The notes under the pieces are model-generated. The model was not told where the DNA came from, did no database searches, and worked only from the letters and a program-made list of their open reading frames with translations. A stretch of 34,466 bases of DNA from a virus (lineage: Duplodnaviria > Caudoviricetes). Shown one piece after another: positions 15,146-25,000 of the stretch (the first letter of the stretch is position 1; each line of letters begins with the position of its first letter). The translations under genes were made by a program, and so were the position numbers. The stretch spans positions 1 to 34,466 of the IMG/VR virus record IMGVR_UViG_3300010359_000007; one strand, written 5' to 3'.

Positions 15146-16632
15146 TGGCAAAGATCATCCACACCGATCGCTTGAAGCCAACAGACCTCAAACCGCAGGA
15201 GCGAGAGTGGGTATATAATGGACTTGACTGCCTTATCACAGCTGAGTTGCTTGAGGTGCTTAAGCCGCAGCTGGACAGCTACACCAGTAGAACCTACGAT
15301 TTCTCACGCCGCTTACAAGGTCCAGTGCTCGAAATGCGGCTTAGGGGTGTGCTGGTTGACCGAGCAAGGAAAGGCCATGTGCTTGATAAATATCACGATG
15401 AACTCGACCGGCTCGAGATCCAGCTTGAACGGATCGTACGTGAAGGGGTTGGGCAGGTAGGGTTCAACTGGCGTAGCAACGATGACTTGAAGGAGCTTTT
15501 CTATGATCGTCTGGGCATACCACCAATACGACGTCAGGGACGAGTCACAGTTAACCGAGATGCTCTTGAGAAGATGGAGCAGTACATTATCGCGCGCCCC
15601 ATCATCTCCCATATTAAAACAATGCGAGATATCGGTAAGAAGATCGGGGTCCTTAAGACGGAGATTGATCCTGACGGTCGAATGCGAACTTCCTATAATA
15701 TCGGAGGCACAAATACTGGAAGGCTGTCGTCGAGTCTGTCGGAATTTGGGACTGGAACTAACCTCCAAAACATCGAATCCCTCCTCAGAACAATCTTCAT
15801 CGCCGACCCTGGAATGAAGATGGGGTACTTTGATGCCCAGCAAGGTGAAAGTAGAGTCGTGGGGGCGATCGAATACCGGCTGTTTCGTGACAGTCGCTAT
15901 CTCGATGCCTGCGAAAGTGGTGACCTTCACACGAGCGTTGCCAAACTTGTCTGGCCAAAACTGGCTTGGACGGGAGATCTTAAAGCTGATCAGGCGCTGG
16001 CCGAGCTACCGTATTACCGTCACTATTCGCGACGGTTTATGTGCAAGAAGATTGGTCATGGAACCAACTATGGCGGTCAGCCGCGGACCCTCGCGCAGCA
16101 AGCGAAGGTTGACGTCGAACTGATCGAGGAATTCCAGCCGATCTATTTCAAGGCCTTCCCGGCGCACCTGCTTTGGCACCTGAATGTGGACGAGCGGCTC
16201 AGAACCACTGCCACCATTATCAACCTCACTGGGCGTAAACGCCAGTTCTGGGGAAGGCGGGACGATCCGGCAACGCTCAGGGAAGCCATAGCTTACGACC
16301 CTCAGGGCTCCCTGGCGGACATCGTCAATGAGGGGATGTACAACATCTGGCTTCAAAAAACCGCCCAGCTTCTCATGCAGGTCCACGACGCGGTTGTGGT
16401 CCAGTATCCTGAGGAGATGGAGGAAGAACTGGTCCCAATAATCCTAGACCAACTCCGGTACCCAGTCAACTTGGGCGACCGTGAGTTGATCATACCCTAT
16501 GACGCCAAGGTTGGCTGGAATTTCGGGGAGTACGATGATAAGACCAACCCCCACGGACTTAAAAAGTGGCAAGGTCAAGACCAACGGTCACGCCCAGAGA
16601 GTGTGCGAATCCTGGATCGATACCTTTGTTGA
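15145..16632 (+). CDS. polA: family A DNA polymerase (ExoIII plus polymerase domain)
   Basis: ExoIII YNGLD; TGRLSS, NLQNI; motif A DAQQGESR; motif B RFMCKKIGHGTNYG; motif C QVHD. Confidence 0.93.
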   Translation: MAKIIHTDRLKPTDLKPQEREWVYNGLDCLITAELLEVLKPQLDSYTSRTYDFSRRLQGPVLEMRLRGVLVDRARKGHVLDKYHDELDRLEIQLERIVREGVGQVGFNWRSNDDLKELFYDRLGIPPIRRQGRVTVNRDALEKMEQYIIARPIISHIKTMRDIGKKIGVLKTEIDPDGRMRTSYNIGGTNTGRLSSSLSEFGTGTNLQNIESLLRTIFIADPGMKMGYFDAQQGESRVVGAIEYRLFRDSRYLDACESGDLHTSVAKLVWPKLAWTGDLKADQALAELPYYRHYSRRFMCKKIGHGTNYGGQPRTLAQQAKVDVELIEEFQPIYFKAFPAHLLWHLNVDERLRTTATIINLTGRKRQFWGRRDDPATLREAIAYDPQGSLADIVNEGMYNIWLQKTAQLLMQVHDAVVVQYPEEMEEELVPIILDQLRYPVNLGDRELIIPYDAKVGWNFGEYDDKTNPHGLKKWQGQDQRSRPESVRILDRYLC

Positions 16633-17761
16633 TCACACCGACAACATCGAAACACCGGAGGTATGGAGACGATGGACAGCGATCATAACAGTGGCAGCGA
16701 TGATGGAGCAAAAATGCTGTATGCTGACCACGAGCCTGCTTTATCCAAACTTATATGCCATAATTGTAGGGCCACCTGGAGTGGGGAAATCGCGTACTAT
16801 ACGCGTGGCTCGTCAATTGGTGCGGTCGTTATGTGGGACGGCTCCAACCCAGTTGCACCTAGCACCGGACTCAATGACTGGTGCATCTTTGACGGATGCC
16901 CTTGTTGCGGCTCGCCGAGATATCCCGAGATATGGGGAGGAAGGGGCTTTGACCTTCAACTCGCTATTTCTGATGCCCGACGAGCTAAGCGATTTTATGA
17001 AGGTCTACGATGAGAGCCTGATCGGGAAGCTGACCAAGTTCTACGATGTGGATCCTTACACAGAGACCCGGGTCACGGGCAGTATCACCAGGATCATCGA
17101 GAGCTCTCAGCTTTCAATGATCGCTGGATCAACGCCATCCCACCTGCTCACCAAGATCCCAGAGTACGCTTGGGAGCAGGGCTTCTTCTCCAGGACCATC
17201 CTCGTCTACGCAGAGGAGCGCCGACTGGAGGATGATATCTTTGCAGCAGAACTTCGAGACACAGGAAAGCTAGCCCATGACCTTAAGTGCATCTTTAGCC
17301 TTCAGGGCCAGTTTAAGCTTAGCGATGAGTTTCGTGCCGCTGTCAACGATTGGCGGCGAAAGGGTGAACTGCCTAGGCCCGGTCATCCCAGGTTTAAAAA
17401 CTACTGCGCCCGTAGACTTGGGCATGTACTCAAGCTATCGATGGTCTCCTCCGCTGATCGAAGTGACGATCTACGGCTGGAATTGCGCGACTGGGAAAGG
17501 GCGTTAGGGTGGTTGCATGAAGCGGAGAGTACAATGCCAGGGATCTTTGGCACAGCAACCTCGATCGATGCTGGAGTCATTGACGAGGCCCTTCATTACA
17601 TCGGCGCTGGAGAGGTCAACTCGCACCGGCTCACCCGCTGGCTATCAATGAAGATCCCGGCCTTTCAGGTGAAGACGATTATAGCGACAATGGAAGACGG
17701 CGGAATGATCAGTGTTACTAAGGTCGACAAGATGGGATTGAAGACCTATCGCCGCTCTTGA
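16499..17761 (+). CDS. DUF3987-like P-loop helicase/ATPase (start uncertain, probably further downstream)
   Basis: YPNLY..IVGPPGVGKS Walker A, LMPDE Walker B, GFFSR; C-terminal wHTH-like segment. Confidence 0.75.
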   Translation: MTPRLAGISGSTMIRPTPTDLKSGKVKTNGHAQRVCESWIDTFVDHTDNIETPEVWRRWTAIITVAAMMEQKCCMLTTSLLYPNLYAIIVGPPGVGKSRTIRVARQLVRSLCGTAPTQLHLAPDSMTGASLTDALVAARRDIPRYGEEGALTFNSLFLMPDELSDFMKVYDESLIGKLTKFYDVDPYTETRVTGSITRIIESSQLSMIAGSTPSHLLTKIPEYAWEQGFFSRTILVYAEERRLEDDIFAAELRDTGKLAHDLKCIFSLQGQFKLSDEFRAAVNDWRRKGELPRPGHPRFKNYCARRLGHVLKLSMVSSADRSDDLRLELRDWERALGWLHEAESTMPGIFGTATSIDAGVIDEALHYIGAGEVNSHRLTRWLSMKIPAFQVKTIIATMEDGGMISVTKVDKMGLKTYRRS

Positions 17762-18051
17762 AGCTTTTCCAAGGCCGTGAAGACCCTAGTGAAGGTGGTA
17801 TCGGTCCGCTCGGTGTTCTGGTCCATGGCCTTCTGAAGTTGGAGGATCTGCTCCTTCTGAACGGCCAACATTTCTAGGGTCTTCTCGATCCCCTCGATTG
17901 CTTTTTGCACGTCAGTCAAATCCTTTGAGTGGTTTTCAAACCTTTCGCCCAGGCCGCCTAACCGCAGCATGATAAGTCCGGCCGACACTACGATCGACCC
18001 GGCGATCCCAACTACTCCAACGATCAACACTACCCACGCTTCGGCTGGCAT
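17746..18051 (-). CDS. membrane-anchored coiled-coil protein (possible lysis accessory)
   Basis: AAGGA RBS; N-terminal TM helix then heptads. Confidence 0.7.
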   Translation of the reverse strand: MPAEAWVVLIVGVVGIAGSIVVSAGLIMLRLGGLGERFENHSKDLTDVQKAIEGIEKTLEMLAVQKEQILQLQKAMDQNTERTDTTFTRVFTALEKLQERR

Positions 18052-18144
18052 GGCGAAAGTCCTTTAGCAGGAACAGGATTACATCAATCAGGCCCTGCTG
18101 ATATTCTAGCAGGGCCTTTGGTTCTGGCCAGAGCCGTTTGGGCA

Positions 18145-18807
18145 TTAGAACTTGTAGAGATACTTGGCTAGGACCTCTTGCTCTTGGCCGATCTTGATCG
18201 GGATTCCGGCAGCGTCCACGCCCTTGTCGTAGTTGACGTGGCGATATTCGACAGCAACGGCTGAGTGACCACCGAGGGTATACTCGATCCCAGCACCAGC
18301 CAGGAAGCCTGAAAGGTGCTCCCGCTGCCTACCGCCGACGATAAGGAAGGGCGACATCATTGCGCCATTCAAGGCCTGGATCGGCGAGATCGGGCCATTG
18401 GCTGGAGAGGGCGCGGAGTTGAATAGGCCCTGAAGGCCATAGCCGGCCTTGCCTACATAGTCCACCGACCAGTTGGTGTTGACCCCAGCGATGTTGGAGA
18501 TGGTGGAGTTGGTCCCAGCGTAGTAGGTGCCAGAGAGTTCGGCGGCCAAAAAGAACTGGCCATTCCAAAACTGGTAGCCGATGTCACCGCCAAGGCCAAC
18601 CCCATTGGAGAAGATCGAGCCATTGATGCCAGAGCCTACGATATCGGCGCTAGTACCTCCACCTGCGATATGGAAGCCTCCGTAGAAGCCTGTGCAAGCA
18701 ACGACGGTGCAGCCCGTGTAGGCAGGAAGCACTGGCGCTTTCTGCGGTAGATCAGCTGCCAAGGCCGGTGAGGCCAGCAGTGTGGTGGCGAGTAGAATCT
18801 TCTTCAT
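18145..18807 (-). CDS. Omp25/RopB-like outer-membrane beta-barrel protein
   Basis: signal peptide MKKILLA...ALAADLPQKAP, TGFYGG, GYQF, GAGIEY, EYRH, C-terminal YLYKF barrel signal. Confidence 0.85.
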   Translation of the reverse strand: MKKILLATTLLASPALAADLPQKAPVLPAYTGCTVVACTGFYGGFHIAGGGTSADIVGSGINGSIFSNGVGLGGDIGYQFWNGQFFLAAELSGTYYAGTNSTISNIAGVNTNWSVDYVGKAGYGLQGLFNSAPSPANGPISPIQALNGAMMSPFLIVGGRQREHLSGFLAGAGIEYTLGGHSAVAVEYRHVNYDKGVDAAGIPIKIGQEQEVLAKYLYKF

Positions 18808-19076
18808 TTCCCAGCTCCTTTTGCTTGTTCCAAGATTTGGTTGGCCTCCGCCACAGTGGTTGGCTTTGCCAATGGTCCTGTGCCTGGGCCTGCGTAGCCG
18901 TTCAAAGCTGTTTGAAAGCTCATCCACACAAAGACGCAGAATCCCATGTAGGCAGTAACGGTTGGAATAGCCTCCATGGGAATAAGCCCAGTGAGGTGAA
19001 TCGTTCCGGCGGTTATCCCCTGTGCTAGTGTTGCAAAAAAGGACAGCCAGAATAATACTTTCGGTGGTACTTTCAT
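18804..19076 (-). CDS. two-TM membrane protein, holin candidate
   Basis: AAGGAG RBS; two hydrophobic segments, charged C-terminus. Confidence 0.6.
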   Translation of the reverse strand: MKVPPKVLFWLSFFATLAQGITAGTIHLTGLIPMEAIPTVTAYMGFCVFVWMSFQTALNGYAGPGTGPLAKPTTVAEANQILEQAKGAGK

Positions 19077-19086
19077 TCCTTTCTCC

Positions 19087-22000
19087 TTACCTTGCATTCC
19101 TCGGCGGAGTATATCTTTTCCCTGGTGCTAGCCGCTCTAATATGTCAGGAGGCGTCGGCGGCATCGTCGTCCCCTTTGTCACTCCCCGGTAGAGTTCAGC
19201 GAAATCTTTTGGCCCTTTCTCTTTCCCGGTGTGAAGGTTGTAGAGGTATTCAGCGAGGTTGCCTTCGGCTGCGTTGGTAAGGCCAGTGGCACCGCCGAAA
19301 GCTACGATGGCGTGCTTGATGGTCTTCCCCGCGTGCTCTCGCCCAAGGCCAACGTCGCCTTTGTTGAGGTCCCTCACAAGGTCAGTGAGTTCCTTGACCC
19401 CTGCTGGCCCAATGCCAAGCTCAGGATCTTTGCCATCAATCAAGGCCCTGGCCAGGTCACGGATTCCGACCCAGGATGAGGAGAGACCCAAGGCCAGGCC
19501 CTTCGCTGCCCGCTTGCCCCAACTCTCGTGCTCGGAATTGGTGTAGGGTGTGACGAGTTCTTCAACAATGGCGGGGGCAATTACGTAGGCAAAGAGGCCA
19601 AAGGTGAAGGAATGGCCAGCAATGTCTGGCGCTGGGGGAGGCTTGACTCCACGGGCCCAATCGCTGGCTCGCCAAGCTAACTGGTACTGTTGGTTAGCTA
19701 CGTGATTGAAGAAGCCGTAGAGGGAGGCCATCCAGGGCGAGCTTCGCATAACTCCAGGACGGCTGGTGATGGCAGAGGAGCCATGGGCTTTCCTAACGGC
19801 CGTGTTGGCGCCATAGACTGCATCGCCTTCGGAGAAGCCTTTATCAATTAGCTCATTGTAGCGCGCAAGCCAGGTCGGCACAGCGGAGTAGAGATCGAAG
19901 AAAGCCACTGGCGCTGTGCCTGTCCTGAGGGCCCAGGCTCGCGCTTGGTTGAATGTGCTGGTGAAGCCTGTGCCTACATTGGTTTGATGAGTGCCTAAGA
20001 CCTGCTCTTGAAAGTTCTGATGCCTCCGCTGGAGTTCCTCGCTCTTGTCCATCGCCATATCCCAGTTCCGCTTCCACTCCATTGGGTTGTGGATAGCAGC
20101 GAACTCGCGAAGCCAATTAGCAGGGCCGACCTCGGCCATAGAGTTAATGGCAGCGGTGATGGTGTGCTTCTGGATGGTTCGGGGATTAAGGCCAACCAAG
20201 GTCCCGATGACGTTCTGGCGAAAGTACTCGCTGGTCGTGTTCGCAATGGCCTGCCTTTCGGTGTCCATGTTGGCCGCGTTGGCAACGTCCTTGACCCAGC
20301 GAACAAGCATGTCTGAGTAGGCACGGCCAAGGTGGGCAGTTACGTGGCGTTGAAAGCCAGGATCTCCAATCAACTTCCAGGCCTTGATCACCGGTTCGCG
20401 GAAGGAGACGTCGTGAATCTCTTGGACCAGGCGGTTGGTGATGCCATCGAGGTTGAGGTCAAGCGGTCCGCGGTATTCTGTACGGCTCTTGGTGTAGCCA
20501 TCCGGAGTACCGACCATTTGGTACTCTTTGGCAAACAGATCGCTGGCTGGCCCTGGATGGCGACCTGGGAAGGTGTAGTCGTGGATGATCGGGTGGTACC
20601 ATCCAGCATACTGGCCGTGGGGAGTATCGATGGGGAAGACCGGGACCGACTCAGGAGCATTGCCACTCAAGCGCCGGTACATCCGATCGCTTTGATCCTT
20701 CAGCTGCTTGAACACATTGCCAAACCGCTGGACGTAGTCCCAATGGGCCTTGGTAGCGACGGAGTTGACCCAGTCCATCACCACCTGCGATTCGAGCCCA
20801 TAGCCCTGGGCAAGCCGCTGGAGGTTGTCAGGGTTCCCGAGGTTGTGCATGACTGCTAGAAGATTCTTATGCGTCATCTCCAGCGCTGTGGTGGCCTTGG
20901 TCCAGTCGAGCTTGCCGTCAGTTTGGAGAGCTTCCTGCCAGCGCTTGAAGATGGTGTTAGGGACCTTGGCGCTGAGGTTGATGGAGGAGGGAACCTCGGG
21001 TAGTTCCTTCGCCATCTTCTTATCCAAGGCCGACTTGGAGTTGGCTCCCTCGACCATGTCGCGGATGATCCATTGGGTGACCTTGCCAAAGACATTGCCA
21101 AAGTCCATCCGGTTGACGAGGAACTCGGTCTGAAGGGTTGCGGAAAGGAACTTCCGGCCCGCGGCCCAGATTACGTTGGAGGGCTCCTTCCCAGGTCCAA
21201 GGAGCTTCAGCTGGGAGTTAACGTCTTGACGAGCCTGGGCAAGATCAAGCTTCTGGCCTTGGATCTCCACAGTGGCTTCATCTCGCCCAGCCTTCTTGAG
21301 GCTCTTCACCGCGTTGAATACCTGCCGGGCCTCGTCCACAGTCATATTGGCTATGGCCTTCGGGGAGGCATAGCTGGCCCAATTGGGATCGAACATGAAG
21401 TCTGGGATCGACAAAGCCGCTCCCATTCGGCGCTTCTCATTCACGAAGTCGAAGAGGCTGGTGCCGGACTCGTTGGCCTTGGTCTCGTCCTGGAGATCTT
21501 GGATCGACCTGCGGATGGGACGGCCGACCCTAAGGAGAGTATCGTGGATCCAATCGGTGTATTCGGAATCGTAGCCCTTGACTTCGCGATCCCGGAACTG
21601 CTTGGCCGTTCGCTCAAAGGCCTTGCCTTCCTTCTCGATCTGGCCCATGAGCTTGGACATCTGGGCACGCTGGTATTGGAGTTGAAGCTCTTTCAGAGCC
21701 TCCAAGGGATTGTTCTCTAACAGGCGGTTCTTAGCATTCAGCAGCGAGGTCCTAGACTGCGCCAAGAGCTTCATCGCTGAAAGGCCACCAAACTTCATCT
21801 TCTTAAGCTCGTTGAAGCTTCCCCAATCCATGGCGGCCTTGTTCAGCGGCAGAGGGGCACCAAGGTTCTGGGCCAAGGCCATCGTCTGCTCATGGAGCAT
21901 TTCCATCGTGGTAAGGGAAAGGGCATGGTCTTGGACCTCAGCCAGCCTGTCGGCCGCGTCTCCGTCGAGTTCGGCATGTAGGCGTTGATCCAGCCTGGCC

Positions 22001-25000
22001 TTGGTGAGGCGATCGACGATGTCCTTCCCAGGCGATCCAAGGGTCTCCCTTGCTACGGCGCTGAGAGCGTCCATTAGCTCTTGACCAGTGGAGTAGCCAA
22101 ACATCGCAGCCACCTGATCAGGATGCTTGCCGCCGTCGCGGATCCAGCTTTCCGGCAAGGCCTGGAACTGCTCAGGAGTCAGCGCCAAGCGGTCGATCTT
22201 TGGCCTACGGGGCAGCTTCTGCCCGTAGATCTCACCCTTCTCGAAATAGTTCCATGCCCTGATCTCAGGCATCCCCTCGACCTCGGAACGGATGTCAGGC
22301 TCCAAGGCCTTGCTCCTGGCCTTCCATTCCTGCGAGTTCTCCAAGGTCGCCTGCTTCAAGGCCCGCTGGAGTCGCCAAGCAACGTCCTCACGGTCCTGTT
22401 TCTCGATCAGATCTAGGAGCTTCTGATAGTTCTTCTTCGTCTCCCCAATCGCTTTACCCGACGCCAGGGGCCCGGTTTGGTAGAAGACCTTACCTTCAGG
22501 CGTGTCTGGGCGGATTGGATCAAGGCCACCTGCGTCTCGAATCCCTTCTAGCGCTCCATCGTCAGCAAGGAGGCGATCGAAGAATCCGCGCATCTCCTCC
22601 GAGAGCGGAGCTTGTGCTTGGACAACCTTTCGAGCGATATCCACCAGCCACTGGGCGAGCCGCTGGAAGATAGACTCAAGGCCAGGCGGGCCTTTGCCTT
22701 CGCGGAAGTATTCCGTGGCCTTCTCAGCAAACGCCTCATGGTGTTCTCTTGCTATCTGGTCCGGGGATTCAACGCCTAGCTCTTTCAGCAAGGTCCCCAG
22801 GTCGGCCTTCATCCTCTCCGTAGCCAAAGGGCCAGTAGAGTCTTGAAGAAACTCCTCCAACCAAGTGTGGGCAAGCTCGTGGAGGGCTGTTTCGAGATCG
22901 CCGCTTTGGAACATCTCGACCAAGGGCCTGCCCATTCCGAAGGTGGTTCGCCCCAAGGGTTCGTCCTCGCCCAGCTGCATGAGCGGAAAGCCACGCTCGG
23001 AGACGGCCTTCTTGATCTCCGGAGTCAGGTCCAAGGTCCCGATGTGGTCAACTACCGGGTTGTCCAACCAATCCAAGGCCTCATCGAAGGAATCAAAACG
23101 CCTTGGGAAGTCCTTCCTGGTCTGCGTTACCGGGTCAGAGTATTGAAGCCCCCACCTCCCATCCTCGCCCAGCTTCGGCACGACGTTCTTCAACTCCGCC
23201 ACAATCGGCTCTTGCTGGAGCATGCCTCCGGAGTCTTTAATCGCTTGTTGCTTCCTCAAGATCCTCGGGATGTCCTTGGTATAGCGCTCGATGATTGGGG
23301 TAACGTCTTGGCCTTCCTGCATCCAACGGTTGTTCTCAAGGGCCATATCTTTGAACATCTGGATTTGCTGAACCGTAGTGGCCTTGGAGGGCCAGCCGAT
23401 CTTATCGAACCCATGCTCCACTGCGTAGCTCACGGCGCGTTTGACGAGGAGTTCTGGCCAAGAGGTTTTGAAGGGAGCCTGGGGAGGCCTGGCCTTGGTG
23501 GCTCTAAGGGCATCATCCGCTTTCTCGCCACTTCGAACTAGCTCTTGATACTCAGTCGCAACTGGAAGAACCTTCTTAGTCTCCTCAGCAGATAGCTTAT
23601 CGTATACGTGACTAGGCCTTCCAGAGAGAGAATCCATAATAAGCTGGATCTTATCTTCTTTCGAAAGGGATGTGGCGTTAACCGCGTCCTTGACAACGTC
23701 AGCCCCCTCCTCAAGCTTCTTCCTATTAGCTTCCACAGCCTCCGCGGCCTTGGCCTCATCCTCCGGCCCTCTATATCCTCCCTTCTTAATCGCATCCTCA
23801 TGCCAATCCGACTGGATCTCCTGGATCATCATCACCCGCTTGCCTTCGGCGGTCTTGTAAGCGCCAAAGCGGATGTGGCCAACAGGGTTAGTGATTTGGT
23901 TGCCCCAGTGAGAATTGGTGTAGATGCCCTTGCCACCAGTGATTTCCTCCGGGAACTGGGCAATTAGTTCGCGATAGTCACTGGCGCCTGGGACCTTGCG
24001 CGCGGTCCAAGCTGGCTGGCGTTTGGCTATTTCTTCGCTAAGGCCTTTCTGCTCCCCAACAAGCTCATCGTCGAGTTTAGCCGCTGCTATAATACGCTCG
24101 TCACGGTTGACAAGCCTTCCAATCTCGCGATTAGAAAGGCCCTCATTGAAGGCGCGGCTCTCAAGCTCTTGCTCATACGCAAGCCTTGCTGCCCGAAGCT
24201 CCTTGATCTGACGTTGGTTCTCTGCAAGCTTGTCCCGGAAGGGCTGAGCCTCCGGCCCCGACTTCTCCGTTTCCACCAAGTGCATCTGGTGGGCTTCGAT
24301 GAACTGCCCCAAGGCCTCCTTGGTAACAGCCTTCCCTTGGGACCTTAGCCAAGGCTCAAGGCCAAGGCCAGTCAGTTCCTCGGGCTTGATACCTGCGGTG
24401 TTGCGTAGAGTAGCTAGCCATTGCTCTGGCGAGGCCTTGGGTTGCTTCGAAGCCTCCACGGCCTTGCCAACTGCGGAATAGAAGCCTCTGATCCGCCGTT
24501 GGTAGAAGGAGCGGCCTTGGGAGATCTCGCCCATGGCCTTCTGGATCTTTGGGCCCTCAGAAGTAAACAGTTCTGTAGGATCTACCCCAAGGGCCTTAGC
24601 ACGAGTGCCATAGCGGGAGGCTTCCAGCGCCCCAACGACCTTGGCTTGCTCAGGCGCAAGGCCTGTGGCTTCGAAGGCCTTGGCTACTTGGTCACGGATT
24701 GGCTGGAGCGAGTCAGCTGTCAGGCCCTCCTGAGCGGCCTTGATCTCATTCAGCGTATGATCGCCGGTAGTGACGAAGTCCTTGACGTCGTTCCAGTTGG
24801 CCTTGTCGAAGTGGGTGAGGAAGTCAGCGCCACTAACGCTGATCTTCTGCCCCGGGCCAGCGAGCTTGCCTTCCAGATCTCCGATCCATTCCCAAGGCTT
24901 TGGGTTCTGCAGAATGGCCTGCTTCTCCACATCCAGCGTCACGTCAGGATGGCGAGTGAGGAACTCGTTGAACTTGGCAGGATCGCGGGCCTTCAGGGCA

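Noticed and set aside
17936-18145. 69-aa - strand ORF coupled to the OMP stop
   Set aside because: Overlaps 17746..18051 by 116 nt with a noise-like C-terminus; too weak to call, though not excluded.
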